From: a virus
Lineage: Duplodnaviria > Caudoviricetes
DNA: 64,000 bases
Direction: 5' to 3' (one strand)
IMG/VR virus record: IMGVR_UViG_3300034691_000044
Coordinates: 9,601 to 73,600 of that record
Shown: positions 9,827 to 18,273 of the stretch, in pieces
How the letters are laid out: each line of letters opens with the position of its first letter
Position numbering within the stretch: the first letter of the stretch is position 1
The notes under the pieces: generated by a model
Seen by the model: the letters and a program-made list of their open reading frames with translations, nothing else
Told to the model about the DNA's origin: nothing
The model's database searches: none
Program-made: the position numbers and the translations under genes

Positions 9827-10123
9827 ATGTTCAAGCAAATCTTCGCAATGGTCGCCCAACTGGCACTGATGCTCACCAACCTGTTCACTGCTGGCACCAA
9901 GCTGTCCAATGCTGCTGTTCACACTGCATCCTACGTCGAAGGTGCTGCCGAAGGCTTCAATGAAATCGCTGCCCTGGAACGTAACGAGAAACTCGACGCT
10001 CTCCGTGGCAAATTCGACATCAATGCTCGCATCCGTGCCGTTGAACAACAACTCACCGCTTCGGACGCCGAGTCCAAACTCAAACTGCTCCACGCTGAAG
10101 CCAAGAACACTCAAGCTGCTTAA
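9827..10123 (+). CDS. N4 gp1-like first early protein
   Basis: AGGAG RBS; MFKQIFAMVAQLALMLTNLFTAGTKL; first early gene position. Confidence 0.65.
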   Translation: MFKQIFAMVAQLALMLTNLFTAGTKLSNAAVHTASYVEGAAEGFNEIAALERNEKLDALRGKFDINARIRAVEQQLTASDAESKLKLLHAEAKNTQAA

Positions 10124-10166
10124 CTCTCCATCGGGGGCCTTCGGGCCTCCATTCAGGTGACACACC

Positions 10167-10253
10167 ATGACATTCGAAACATCACTCGCTATCACATGCT
10201 TCACCATCACTGCACTGCTAGTCGTAGCACTCTGGTACTCATCCCCTAAATAG
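10167..10253 (+). CDS. Small hydrophobic peptide (28 aa)
   Basis: AGGTGA RBS; MTFETSLAITCFTITALLVVALWYSSPK, single TM segment. Confidence 0.5.
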   Translation: MTFETSLAITCFTITALLVVALWYSSPK

Positions 10254-10594
10254 GGCTGGGTATCAGTTCTTTTTTTAAAGCACACACAACAGCACACAAC
10301 AAGAGCACACATCCACGTCAAGAGCGCCAGCCTTTGAGACAGTAGGCCAGGAAGACACCCTTTCCTGCTACTCTTTCCCCTTTCCCGCCGTTAGGGGGAC
10401 TCTGAGGCAGTATTACCACTCATCGGCCAGCAAAGCTGACCGTTGCTGCGCAATCGATGTATATATGTGGGGGGAGTAGAGGGAATTGGAGTGAAACAGT
10501 GAGTTTGTTGTGCCAACAACATGCAGGTTTCCCCTTTCCTGTATCCTATCAACACCATTCGTCATTCCTATACACACCTGTGGTGTATCCGTAT

Positions 10595-10603
10595 CCCTTC
10601 GGG
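10595..10603 (+). promoter_or_regulatory. Possible virion-RNAP hairpin promoter (short stem)
   Basis: CCC-TTC-GGG followed by TCTGTTG, upstream of 10633 gene. Confidence 0.4.
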
Positions 10604-10632
10604 TCTGTTGCGGAATCAATCGAGGTCTGATT

Positions 10633-10872
10633 ATGGAATACATGCTGCTTCGTGATGGGTCTGTGAAGGTTGTACCTGAACTGTCCAATAGGATCTCTGT
10701 TCGCAATGAACTCATACGTTCTGACGGTATTGAGTACTACTGGAAAGAGAACGCTGTAGATTGGTGTTGCATACTGGCTAGTACACCTGCTCTGTCAATA
10801 GACAATGTCGAAGTAACTGTCGATTATGTAGATGTGCCTGATGTAATCAAACTTGCCGCAATGCTGGAGTAA
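10633..10872 (+). CDS. VPE-tail family paralogue 1
   Basis: GAGG RBS; ends DVPDVIKLAAMLE. Confidence 0.8.
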   Translation: MEYMLLRDGSVKVVPELSNRISVRNELIRSDGIEYYWKENAVDWCCILASTPALSIDNVEVTVDYVDVPDVIKLAAMLE

Positions 10873-10875
10873 TGT

Positions 10876-11127
10876 ATGAATATGCATGAATACATGCTAT
10901 TGGCTGACGGTTCTGTACTCCCATTTCCCAATGGTGTGCCAACTGCGCATCAAATAGCATATTTGCTTATTGAATATCGTGGTATAGCCTACTATTGGCC
11001 AGGGGCTATCCAATATCTCGTTGAAGGTTGGTATGTACTGCTTCCTGTATTTGAACACGAAGGAGGCACTCGCATAGATTATGCTGATGTACCCGATCTG
11101 ATCAAACTTGCAATAATGCTTACATAG
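10876..11127 (+). CDS. VPE-tail family paralogue 2
   Basis: Ends DVPDLIKLAIMLT; shares EYMLLxDGSV start with paralogue 1. Confidence 0.8.
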   Translation: MNMHEYMLLADGSVLPFPNGVPTAHQIAYLLIEYRGIAYYWPGAIQYLVEGWYVLLPVFEHEGGTRIDYADVPDLIKLAIMLT

Positions 11128-11128
11128 T

Positions 11129-11141
11129 TCCCCTTCGGGGA
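11129..11141 (+). promoter_or_regulatory. Putative virion-RNAP hairpin promoter
   Basis: TCCCC-TTC-GGGGA intergenic. Confidence 0.6.
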
Positions 11142-11180
11142 TGAAATAGGCAATTGCCCCTAACTACAGGAGTTATATCC

Positions 11181-11423
11181 ATGCAATGCAATGTATCTAG
11201 CTTGTCTCGTGCTGATGCTACACATCCTATTTGTAAGTACAGCACTGCAACTGAACGTCGTTTACTCAAGCAATTGAGTACTAAGCGTATGCGTCGTATT
11301 GCTGTACCTGACATTGTTGCTGCCATTCATGATGATCATCGTGAGTGTGAGGTAACTGTCATCAAGCCTCGTATGTTTGCACACATTGTCAATTGTGACT
11401 GTGTGCTGTGCTCTCGCCTTTAA
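11181..11423 (+). CDS. Hypothetical early protein (Cys-rich C-terminus)
   Basis: AGGAG RBS; ends HIVNCDCVLC. Confidence 0.65.
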   Translation: MQCNVSSLSRADATHPICKYSTATERRLLKQLSTKRMRRIAVPDIVAAIHDDHRECEVTVIKPRMFAHIVNCDCVLCSRL

Positions 11424-11439
11424 TTTAGGAGTCATATCC

Positions 11440-11769
11440 GTGAACAATCAACAACGTAAAACCAGTGATGTAATTGCCCTCGCGGTAAATGATCCACGCT
11501 ACTTGCGTGGCAATGACGGTGAGATGTTCTTGTGCCGCATGCTTGAATGTATGCGCATAGAGGGTGTTATCGCCCATCTGGAATGTCACGCTGCCCGTCA
11601 AACAATTGACGAGGCTATCAACGGCAGCTGCACGCTGTACTCCCACTTGTGGGCGAATGACGTGAAAGGGTTCCGCCAAGCGTGCTCCACGTACAAACGC
11701 CGCAAGAACGATATTCGTGTCCAATTCTGGGCCATGCTCTGCATGCAACTCAAAGCTAAAGGGGAATAA
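11440..11769 (+). CDS. Hypothetical early protein
   Basis: AGGAG RBS, GTG start. Confidence 0.65.
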   Translation: MNNQQRKTSDVIALAVNDPRYLRGNDGEMFLCRMLECMRIEGVIAHLECHAARQTIDEAINGSCTLYSHLWANDVKGFRQACSTYKRRKNDIRVQFWAMLCMQLKAKGE

Positions 11770-11772
11770 CCC

Positions 11773-11979
11773 ATGAACAAGTTTCAAATTGTCATCGGAG
11801 CTTTCGCCATCTATGGAATGCTGACCATAGGTTTCAGCTTCCTGGCCTGGATGAATTCTGCCAGCTTGCATGCTGAAAACAAACCAGATGTTTACTTAGG
11901 TAACTTCTGGAAGTGGGGTGTGATCATTATCCTGCTTATCGTTGTCTTTGCATTCTTTGCTGGCCCTGCTAAACCTTAA
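11773..11979 (+). CDS. Small two-TM membrane protein
   Basis: 68 aa with two hydrophobic segments, GGGGA RBS. Confidence 0.7.
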   Translation: MNKFQIVIGAFAIYGMLTIGFSFLAWMNSASLHAENKPDVYLGNFWKWGVIIILLIVVFAFFAGPAKP

Positions 11980-11990
11980 GGAGTATTCCT

Positions 11991-12116
11991 ATGCCTTCCA
12001 ACATGAACGATTACAACAGCGGCTATGAAGCATTCATGGACGATGAAGACTTTGACCAGACTCAGTCGCAAGATTGGCAAGATGGTTACCTCGACGCACA
12101 AACTGTAGGAGCTTGA
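11991..12116 (+). CDS. Small acidic protein (41 aa), RMF-like pattern
   Basis: AAGGAG RBS; MPSNMNDYNSGYEAFMDDEDFDQTQSQDWQDGYLDAQTVGA. Confidence 0.65.
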   Translation: MPSNMNDYNSGYEAFMDDEDFDQTQSQDWQDGYLDAQTVGA

Positions 12117-12118
12117 TC

Positions 12119-12415
12119 ATGTTCTCTGCTTACTTCCTTACTTGCATGCTCAGTGCTTCGGGCAACTACGGTTGCAACGTGGCCTTCACTGAAATGACTG
12201 CCGATGTTCAAGAACAAAGCCAGTGTGATGAACTGACTGTGGATATGCATCAGTATGTCCTCGATCAAATCGCATCTGAGTTCCCAAGTATGACTGTGGT
12301 CCGCCAGGAACATGGTTGCTACGCCGGTCCTCTGTCTGCTGGTGAGATTGCCCGCGATGAACATGCAAAGCTCTTGAGTGAGGGCATTGAAGCCTCGCTT
12401 TCAGAAATTCCGTAA
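12119..12415 (+). CDS. Hypothetical protein
   Basis: AGGAG RBS. Confidence 0.65.
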   Translation: MFSAYFLTCMLSASGNYGCNVAFTEMTADVQEQSQCDELTVDMHQYVLDQIASEFPSMTVVRQEHGCYAGPLSAGEIARDEHAKLLSEGIEASLSEIP

Positions 12416-12480
12416 CCTATATTCCTTTCAGTGTTTACCTATATATGTGATAGAATATTAATTCACTAGGAGGAGTTGTT

Positions 12481-13119
12481 ATGTTTATTGAAAAACCTAT
12501 AACCATCGAAAAGCCGCGCAAATTGATTAATGGGATTGGCGTTAATGATGCCCCTTACTCAGTAAGCTATCGTGAAGACGGTAAGTTAATTACCTGTCCT
12601 TACTACAAGGCATGGGTAGCCATGTTCCAGCGTTGTTATAGCGCTGCATGGCATGAGCGTTACCCGTCATACGTAGGATGTTCGGTAGCACCTGTGTGGC
12701 ATAAATTCACGAGTTTCCGCGAATGGATGCAGACACAGGATTGGGAAACCAAGCAACTGGATAAAGATATAAAAGTACCGGGCAATAAGGAGTACGGGCC
12801 TACTGTTTGTTTGTGGGTGTCCTCGCAAATCAATAGTTTGTTCAATACAGGGGCTCTAGCTAAAAGCGGCCTGCCTGTTGGAGTAACCAAACACTGGAGC
12901 GGACGCTTTGAAGTAGGCGTGAGCTTTGGCACGAGTAAACGTAGCTACGTTGGCAGTTTCAAAACTGTACGTGAGGCTGCTGATGCTTATGTGAAAGCAA
13001 AGGCAGAAGCTATCGCGTTAGCTGCGGACAAGGAACCTGATCCTATAATTCAGGAAGCTGTTCGAGCTTTCGGTGTGCATTACCTACAAAAGCTAAAAAA
13101 TGCAAATACTGCATTCTAA
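12481..13119 (+). CDS. Free-standing HNH-type homing endonuclease
   Basis: GIGVND..W..MFQRCY..YVGCSV..W..F..F..W..LDKDI..GNKEYGP..C motif plus AP2-like C-terminus; strong RBS; extended -10 TGATAGAAT upstream. Confidence 0.8.
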   Translation: MFIEKPITIEKPRKLINGIGVNDAPYSVSYREDGKLITCPYYKAWVAMFQRCYSAAWHERYPSYVGCSVAPVWHKFTSFREWMQTQDWETKQLDKDIKVPGNKEYGPTVCLWVSSQINSLFNTGALAKSGLPVGVTKHWSGRFEVGVSFGTSKRSYVGSFKTVREAADAYVKAKAEAIALAADKEPDPIIQEAVRAFGVHYLQKLKNANTAF

Positions 13120-13206
13120 TAATACAGAAAGTGCCATATCCGGCGATGAAAACCATACGCCTGTGTGGCCCTTTTGGGCCTTGGCGGTAAGCTAACTGAG
13201 GTGTCT

Positions 13207-13467
13207 ATGACCACTGCAAAAAAACCTGAATCCTTTGCTTCGCACAACCTGGATCACCTGAAAGTGTTGATTGCGCGTGAGATTCGTAAGCAAATCTCTG
13301 AAAACAACATGAAATACATCGTTGCAACCGAAATCTTCGGATTGAGTGGCGCAGCTGTGTCTCGCATTGTTAATTGCAAGGAACTCAGCATGTCGTTCGA
13401 AACGCTGCACAATGCGGCTGTAACGTCAGGCATGATCGTCAGTATGCAACTGTCTGTGCCCAACTAA
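13207..13467 (+). CDS. XRE-like helix-turn-helix protein
   Basis: ATEIFGLSGAAVSRIVN..MSFETL pattern. Confidence 0.65.
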   Translation: MTTAKKPESFASHNLDHLKVLIAREIRKQISENNMKYIVATEIFGLSGAAVSRIVNCKELSMSFETLHNAAVTSGMIVSMQLSVPN

Positions 13468-13476
13468 GGAGCAATC

Positions 13477-13755
13477 ATGCACCGTTTACGACAAGAACTA
13501 GATTTAACCGATGATTCGTTCAGTTACACCATTTTAGGTGGGCGTGAGCCTCTTTATCGTGTCGATAGCGATGGCTATCTGCATAAAGCAGGTGAAATCA
13601 TCGGTAAATTCAAACTGGGCAACAATCAGTGGCATCTGTACATCGGTGACACTTTGTTCATGGATGGGCCTGAAAATGGCCTATTCATGCTCCCCGAGTT
13701 TGAATTGAAGGCTTTGACTGCGCTGGTAAATCAAAAGCGGCCTTCGGCCCTTTAA
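13477..13755 (+). CDS. Hypothetical protein
   Basis: AAGGAG RBS, 92 aa. Confidence 0.65.
   Translation: MHRLRQELDLTDDSFSYTILGGREPLYRVDSDGYLHKAGEIIGKFKLGNNQWHLYIGDTLFMDGPENGLFMLPEFELKALTALVNQKRPSAL
13739..13749 (+). promoter_or_regulatory. Putative virion-RNAP hairpin promoter upstream of drc
   Basis: GGCC-TTC-GGCC. Confidence 0.6.
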
Positions 13756-13807
13756 AGGCAATTGTGCCAATAAACCTCATCTTTTCCGTTATTCTGGAGT
13801 ATTTCCC

Positions 13808-14140
13808 ATGGCTGTTGAACGTAATGCATCCCGTACTGCCCCTGCTACCTCCACTGCTGCTGATCGTACCGCGAAGAAAACCCTCGGGTTCTTCAACGTG
13901 AACATCGAGACCAAAGCCGGCGCACCTGTGCGTCTGGAAGGTATCCGCTTCATCGAAGGCAACAAGCAGCATGAGCAACTGGCTGCGTACCTCTCGGTGT
14001 CCCAGGCCGTCGACAAAGACTACACGCCTGAACAGGTCGTGGAAGAGAAGGCACGTCGCCTCGGTGTCGTGGCTTCCAAGCTGACCTTCAGCTTCAACGC
14101 TACCCGTACCGACGAAGAGTCGATGCTGGACCTGGTGTAA
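13808..14140 (+). CDS. drc: ssDNA-binding RNAP II cofactor (Drc / N4 gp2 analogue)
   Basis: FFNVNIETKAGAPVRL..HEQLAAYL..TRTDEESMLDL resembles my recollection of LUZ7 Drc; highly expressed codon usage. Confidence 0.75.
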   Translation: MAVERNASRTAPATSTAADRTAKKTLGFFNVNIETKAGAPVRLEGIRFIEGNKQHEQLAAYLSVSQAVDKDYTPEQVVEEKARRLGVVASKLTFSFNATRTDEESMLDLV

Positions 14141-14145
14141 TCCTC

Positions 14146-14182
14146 TGGCCATCATCCCATTGGGGTGGTGGCCATCATTTTT
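14146..14182 (+). terminator. Terminator after drc
   Basis: TGGCCATCATCCC-ATT-GGGGTGGTGGCCA then T run. Confidence 0.7.
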
Positions 14183-14194
14183 AGGAGCAAATTC

Positions 14195-14479
14195 ATGAGC
14201 AATACCCCTAAGCTGGCCCCTGGCCTGCACGAGTGCCGCATCGTCTCCATTGACTATGCCAAGCATGAGGATTTCATGACTGGTTGTCTTGCTGCTTTGA
14301 GCAAAGATGGCACTGTCATGATTGAGCATGTGTGGTCGTTGCCCGGTATGGTCGAGCTGAAGCCTCACAGCTACGCTGACATCATCAATATGCCTTATGC
14401 ATTGCCTCGTAAGGGTGATCGTCACCATAAACGCAAACCTCAGCCCAATCGTGGGCCAGTGGGGCGAAACCAGTGGTAA
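14195..14479 (+). CDS. Hypothetical protein
   Basis: AGGAG RBS. Confidence 0.6.
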   Translation: MSNTPKLAPGLHECRIVSIDYAKHEDFMTGCLAALSKDGTVMIEHVWSLPGMVELKPHSYADIINMPYALPRKGDRHHKRKPQPNRGPVGRNQW

Positions 14480-14570
14480 AAGACATAGGTAGTATCATGT
14501 GGCGCATTCTTGCGTCTATCCTCGTATTTACCCTCATTGCATTGCAATTTATCCCAAAAGGAGTAACACC

Positions 14571-15290
14571 ATGAACCTGAACGACTTTCTGATGATTCTC
14601 GGCGCAGCTGTGTTCATCTTGCCTATCACTTACATGATTGGCTGGGCTCGCCACCAAAAACAACACGAAGGCTGGGTAGCAGACGCTCGTGAGGGCTACT
14701 TCCAAGAGCGTAATGCTCTACGCAATAGCTACGAGAACGCACTGGCGCAGGAACGTAAGACTGTGCGTGTATTGGAGATTCAACTGCTGAAAGCAAACGA
14801 ATCCATCGAAGTGTTAGATCGTGAGGTAGGTAAGTACCGCAGTCAGTGGAAATACGCTGATAATTACCGTAAAGCTATCGTTGAGTACCTCGTAGTCAAT
14901 CATCTGTGGAAGTTTACTGAACATGGAGATGATCCTATGGCCATGATGGCTGAGATTATCAAATGGGAAACCAAGATGGCGCTGGACCCTGCAATCAGCA
15001 AGCCTGCGAAGAATCTGATCACTCGTGGTGTCCGTAAGGGCGCCAAGGCTGGCCGTGAGCAGATGCGTAAGCTGATGCAGAAGTGCATCGACAACCAGGC
15101 AGCAACCATTCGTCATTATGACCAAGAGTTGACTGCTGCCAATCTTCGCCGTATGCGCTTCACCGAAGCAGTGACCAACGTGCTTGACGACAAGATCGCG
15201 CTTAAAAGCGTCCGTAAGTCTATCAAGCAGGGCATCATTGCGGAACACGGGCGTCTGCACGCTGCTGCCGCGAAGAAGGCTGCACAATGA
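14571..15290 (+). CDS. Membrane-anchored coiled-coil protein
   Basis: AAGGAG RBS; N-terminal TM then coiled coil; ALDPAIS motif. Confidence 0.7.
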   Translation: MNLNDFLMILGAAVFILPITYMIGWARHQKQHEGWVADAREGYFQERNALRNSYENALAQERKTVRVLEIQLLKANESIEVLDREVGKYRSQWKYADNYRKAIVEYLVVNHLWKFTEHGDDPMAMMAEIIKWETKMALDPAISKPAKNLITRGVRKGAKAGREQMRKLMQKCIDNQAATIRHYDQELTAANLRRMRFTEAVTNVLDDKIALKSVRKSIKQGIIAEHGRLHAAAAKKAAQ

Positions 15291-15694
15291 ACATGCGTGG
15301 CTCTGCTAAATGGCAGAGTTACGCTGCATATCAAGGCTATCACGCCAACATACAGGTCTTTGACGACGAGGAGGACGATCCGATGGCTATCGGCAACAAC
15401 ACTGTAAAACGTGCATTCATCAAGCAGGAAGTACTGTGTGCTGTCCTGCAAAATGGCGAATCCGTACACTTTGAGTCCCGTTTGGGGTTCAATGGTGCGG
15501 ACTATGCCAAACAGGCTCATAAGAAGTTCGGCCCGTGTCGGGTGATCTTCTATCAAGCCAATGAAGCACAAATGTGGCGTGAAATCCGTTGGAAGAACGT
15601 CAACGTTGGTGCTTTATACAAACGCCCTTCGTTTATCACATTAGGGCCTGATAAGGTGCCTGAAAACCTGCGGCTTGCCGCAATGTTGTTGTGA
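15287..15694 (+). CDS. VPE-tail family paralogue 3
   Basis: Ends KVPENLRLAAMLL; ATGA overlap. Confidence 0.75.
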   Translation: MNMRGSAKWQSYAAYQGYHANIQVFDDEEDDPMAIGNNTVKRAFIKQEVLCAVLQNGESVHFESRLGFNGADYAKQAHKKFGPCRVIFYQANEAQMWREIRWKNVNVGALYKRPSFITLGPDKVPENLRLAAMLL

Positions 15695-16029
15695 TCATCA
15701 CACTGCCCGACGGTACGATACATATTTACGATGCAAAAGGTACTTTGTGCGTTCGTATGGGCAATTTGGATGCGGAGAGCTTTATGTCAAAGATGGCGCA
15801 TTTAACGCTTGATGGTGTGTACATTACCAGCTATGTCATGGACCAAAACTGGTATTTGCCCACCAAAATGCAGAAATTAGCTGCAACTTACGAGCAGCAC
15901 CAGGCTTGGTGTCTGTCAGCAGGGCAATGGTACACAATACCCGTTGCAGGGCTAAGATTCTCTCGTTGGGATACCACAAGAACTGAGGATGTACCTGAAA
16001 TGGTACGAACTGCGGAGATTTTACGATGA
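15691..16029 (+). CDS. VPE-tail family paralogue 4
   Basis: Ends DVPEMVRTAEILR; GTGA overlap. Confidence 0.75.
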   Translation: MIITLPDGTIHIYDAKGTLCVRMGNLDAESFMSKMAHLTLDGVYITSYVMDQNWYLPTKMQKLAATYEQHQAWCLSAGQWYTIPVAGLRFSRWDTTRTEDVPEMVRTAEILR

Positions 16030-16463
16030 AACAGGTAATTCGTGGTGACATGATGAGTATCTTCGACAAAGTCGATCATTTCATCATATCTGTCGGCAGT
16101 AAGCTCAGAAGTGAGAACAATGAGCTAATAATGTTAAATGGTCTGGCCGGGGCGTTGGGTCTTAAATACCCTACCCTAAAGGTGAAGATGGGAGCGTGGA
16201 TCGCGGGAGAGTGTGGCAGTGAAGGTGAGTTCTACCTTCGTGTCTCGGGGAAGGTTGGCATGCTACAGCATAGCCAGGCTCCTCGGCAAGGGGTGAGCAT
16301 CTCCATTCTGTCTACTGGCCTGCGCCTGCTGGCAGACGAGGCAGAGGCCAACCCAGAAAAGCAATATGCCCTGGAGTGGCCTGGCACCCAGCAGATCGAG
16401 ACCCTGGTAAACCAGATGCTTGATAGGTTGCCGGCCAACGTCCAGGTGTGGCGCCCAGAGTGA
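16026..16463 (+). CDS. Macrodomain-like protein (degenerate)
   Basis: IRGDM...D.FIIS...LIM.NGLAG....KYP.L pattern of phage Appr-1-p/macro proteins. Confidence 0.55.
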   Translation: MKQVIRGDMMSIFDKVDHFIISVGSKLRSENNELIMLNGLAGALGLKYPTLKVKMGAWIAGECGSEGEFYLRVSGKVGMLQHSQAPRQGVSISILSTGLRLLADEAEANPEKQYALEWPGTQQIETLVNQMLDRLPANVQVWRPE

Positions 16464-16702
16464 GCACCATGATCATGTCAGCCCGCTATAACATGGTCTC
16501 CCGGGGGCTGGTGGAAGCGGCCACCTCTTGGGTAGGCCGTCCTGCTCATGATAAGGAACAGACCTTCGCCTTGTTCCACGCGGTCAGCGGTGACCTCAAG
16601 GACACGCGGTGGTACGTCTATGGCATTGCCCATGACGCGATCGCTGTCGAGTACAGCAAACTACCGGAGGCAGTGCGCATGGCGTATCTGTTAATTCAAT
16701 GA
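16460..16702 (+). CDS. VPE-tail family paralogue 5
   Basis: Ends KLPEAVRMAYLLIQ. Confidence 0.75.
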   Translation: MSTMIMSARYNMVSRGLVEAATSWVGRPAHDKEQTFALFHAVSGDLKDTRWYVYGIAHDAIAVEYSKLPEAVRMAYLLIQ

Positions 16703-16965
16703 GCAAGTCACTGTTTGATCCTTTCGGGGGGGATGTCAACCCACGTATGCCACCGGCACCTGTACGGGTGAAGTGGGACTATGAAAAGCAGGAGGTGGTC
16801 AGTGATGGTCAGGCCAACCTGTTCGACAACTGCTGGTCCTACTTCTTCTATGGTGCCGATGAGGCATTGCAGTGGGGCTTGTCCCGCTACGAAGGTGATC
16901 ACCTGTTTATTGTAGAGGGCGCTGTCCCAGAAGTAGTACGGCTTGCCGTAATGGTGATGGAATGA
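16699..16965 (+). CDS. VPE-tail family paralogue 6
   Basis: Ends AVPEVVRLAVMVME. Confidence 0.75.
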   Translation: MSKSLFDPFGGDVNPRMPPAPVRVKWDYEKQEVVSDGQANLFDNCWSYFFYGADEALQWGLSRYEGDHLFIVEGAVPEVVRLAVMVME

Positions 16966-17177
16966 GCACAAAACGTTTAGGTTGGTGCCGGCTGACAGGG
17001 GAACTCGTGCTTGATGCGCAAATCTTAAACATTCCATATCTTCGTGATGATATGGATGTTTACTCCCACAATGGGGCTATGTGGCTAGTATGGACACCTG
17101 AAAGTCAATGCTATTCATATATAACACTTCTGAATGTCCCCGAACTAATTAAATTAGCAATGGTGATGCTCGAATGA
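16962..17177 (+). CDS. VPE-tail family paralogue 7
   Basis: Ends NVPELIKLAMVMLE. Confidence 0.75.
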   Translation: MSTKRLGWCRLTGELVLDAQILNIPYLRDDMDVYSHNGAMWLVWTPESQCYSYITLLNVPELIKLAMVMLE

Positions 17178-17464
17178 GGACTTTCGAACGCGCTGCTCCC
17201 TTCGGGGAGTTCAGCATGGGAACTTTGTTCCTTGTGGTGAACGATATACCGGAAGTATGTCATTGCACATACTATAAGACAAACCTGAAGATTGCCCGTG
17301 AGGCTAAGGATGAAGATCCATTTGCTATTGTGTTTCTGCTTACTGAGCAGGGAACTTGGTTCAAAGGTGACTATTGCTACACAGACGGCAGGCATAAATT
17401 CACTCCTGTGGGTAAGTCAGCTGTACCTCAACTAATCCTGATGATGAACGTGGTGAAACCATGA
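17174..17464 (+). CDS. VPE-tail family paralogue 8
   Basis: Ends AVPQLILMMNVVKP. Confidence 0.7.
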   Translation: MRTFERAAPFGEFSMGTLFLVVNDIPEVCHCTYYKTNLKIAREAKDEDPFAIVFLLTEQGTWFKGDYCYTDGRHKFTPVGKSAVPQLILMMNVVKP

Positions 17465-17766
17465 GCGTATTATGGATCGTGCTAAACGACGACAAATCCG
17501 CAGTTATTGAGGTGTTTGAAACTATTGAGGCAGATTCTAAGCCTCACTGGGATAAGTTCTTTGAACACAGGGCCGGTAACGTCTTCTGTCGCAGAATTCA
17601 GGATTTAGCATGGGTAAAGCCAGCGCAGTCAAAAGTAACGTGGTTCGTCAACTATTTCTACTGGGAAGACATGTCCCGTTGGGGATATGGTGACCCAACT
17701 GGAATGGGTTGGTCTGCCTGCATGGCCATACCTGAAATTCTCAAAATGGTGGAATTCCTGGAATGA
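17461..17766 (+). CDS. VPE-tail family paralogue 9
   Basis: Ends AIPEILKMVEFLE. Confidence 0.75.
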   Translation: MSVLWIVLNDDKSAVIEVFETIEADSKPHWDKFFEHRAGNVFCRRIQDLAWVKPAQSKVTWFVNYFYWEDMSRWGYGDPTGMGWSACMAIPEILKMVEFLE

Positions 17767-18026
17767 GTAAACAAATAACAGTTGGTTTTCTTGATGGAGA
17801 GATAACTGATGTAACTTCTCAATGGATGACAAGTCAAACGGTGGAAGGTCACTTTAGCGTTGGTGATGTGTATGTTTACACTCAAGAGCCTCATGGTATG
17901 CAATGGCGTGTTCTGCAACGTAGTACACGAATAAATGCTACAACTGGCACTTATGCCGCTTTACTACCCTGCAAAGCTGAGCAAGTTCCTGAAATTGTAC
18001 GAATGGTTGCGCTGATGCGCGAGTGA
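17763..18026 (+). CDS. VPE-tail family paralogue 10
   Basis: Ends QVPEIVRMVALMRE. Confidence 0.75.
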   Translation: MSKQITVGFLDGEITDVTSQWMTSQTVEGHFSVGDVYVYTQEPHGMQWRVLQRSTRINATTGTYAALLPCKAEQVPEIVRMVALMRE

Positions 18027-18032
18027 GGAATT

Positions 18033-18266
18033 ATGGGCATTGACGATAGGGTGATAGCTTATATCTTTCGAGGTAAGCTGGAAACCGAGGTAGTAAACCG
18101 CTGGAAAGCCCGGGAACGTATGACTCAGCTGAATAACTGCACACTTGCAGAGATTTACTTCTTTGACCCTGATGGGGAGATTTATGTAATGCATCACAGC
18201 AGGGAATATCGAAAAAAGGCCAAAAGTGTACCAGAAGAGATCAAACTAGCGGCAATGCTGCTATAG
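18033..18266 (+). CDS. VPE-tail family paralogue 11
   Basis: Ends SVPEEIKLAAMLL. Confidence 0.75.
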   Translation: MGIDDRVIAYIFRGKLETEVVNRWKARERMTQLNNCTLAEIYFFDPDGEIYVMHHSREYRKKAKSVPEEIKLAAMLL

Positions 18267-18273
18267 GGGACGT

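Noticed and set aside
10133-10150. CCTTCGG hairpin after gp1-like gene as a vRNAP promoter
   Set aside because: Pairs better as a C(UUCG)G RNA tetraloop hairpin after the stop codon; the same applies to 17197-17210 within a CDS
13477-13755. LPEFELKALTAL as another VPE-tail member
   Set aside because: Hydrophobic register differs and the motif is not terminal
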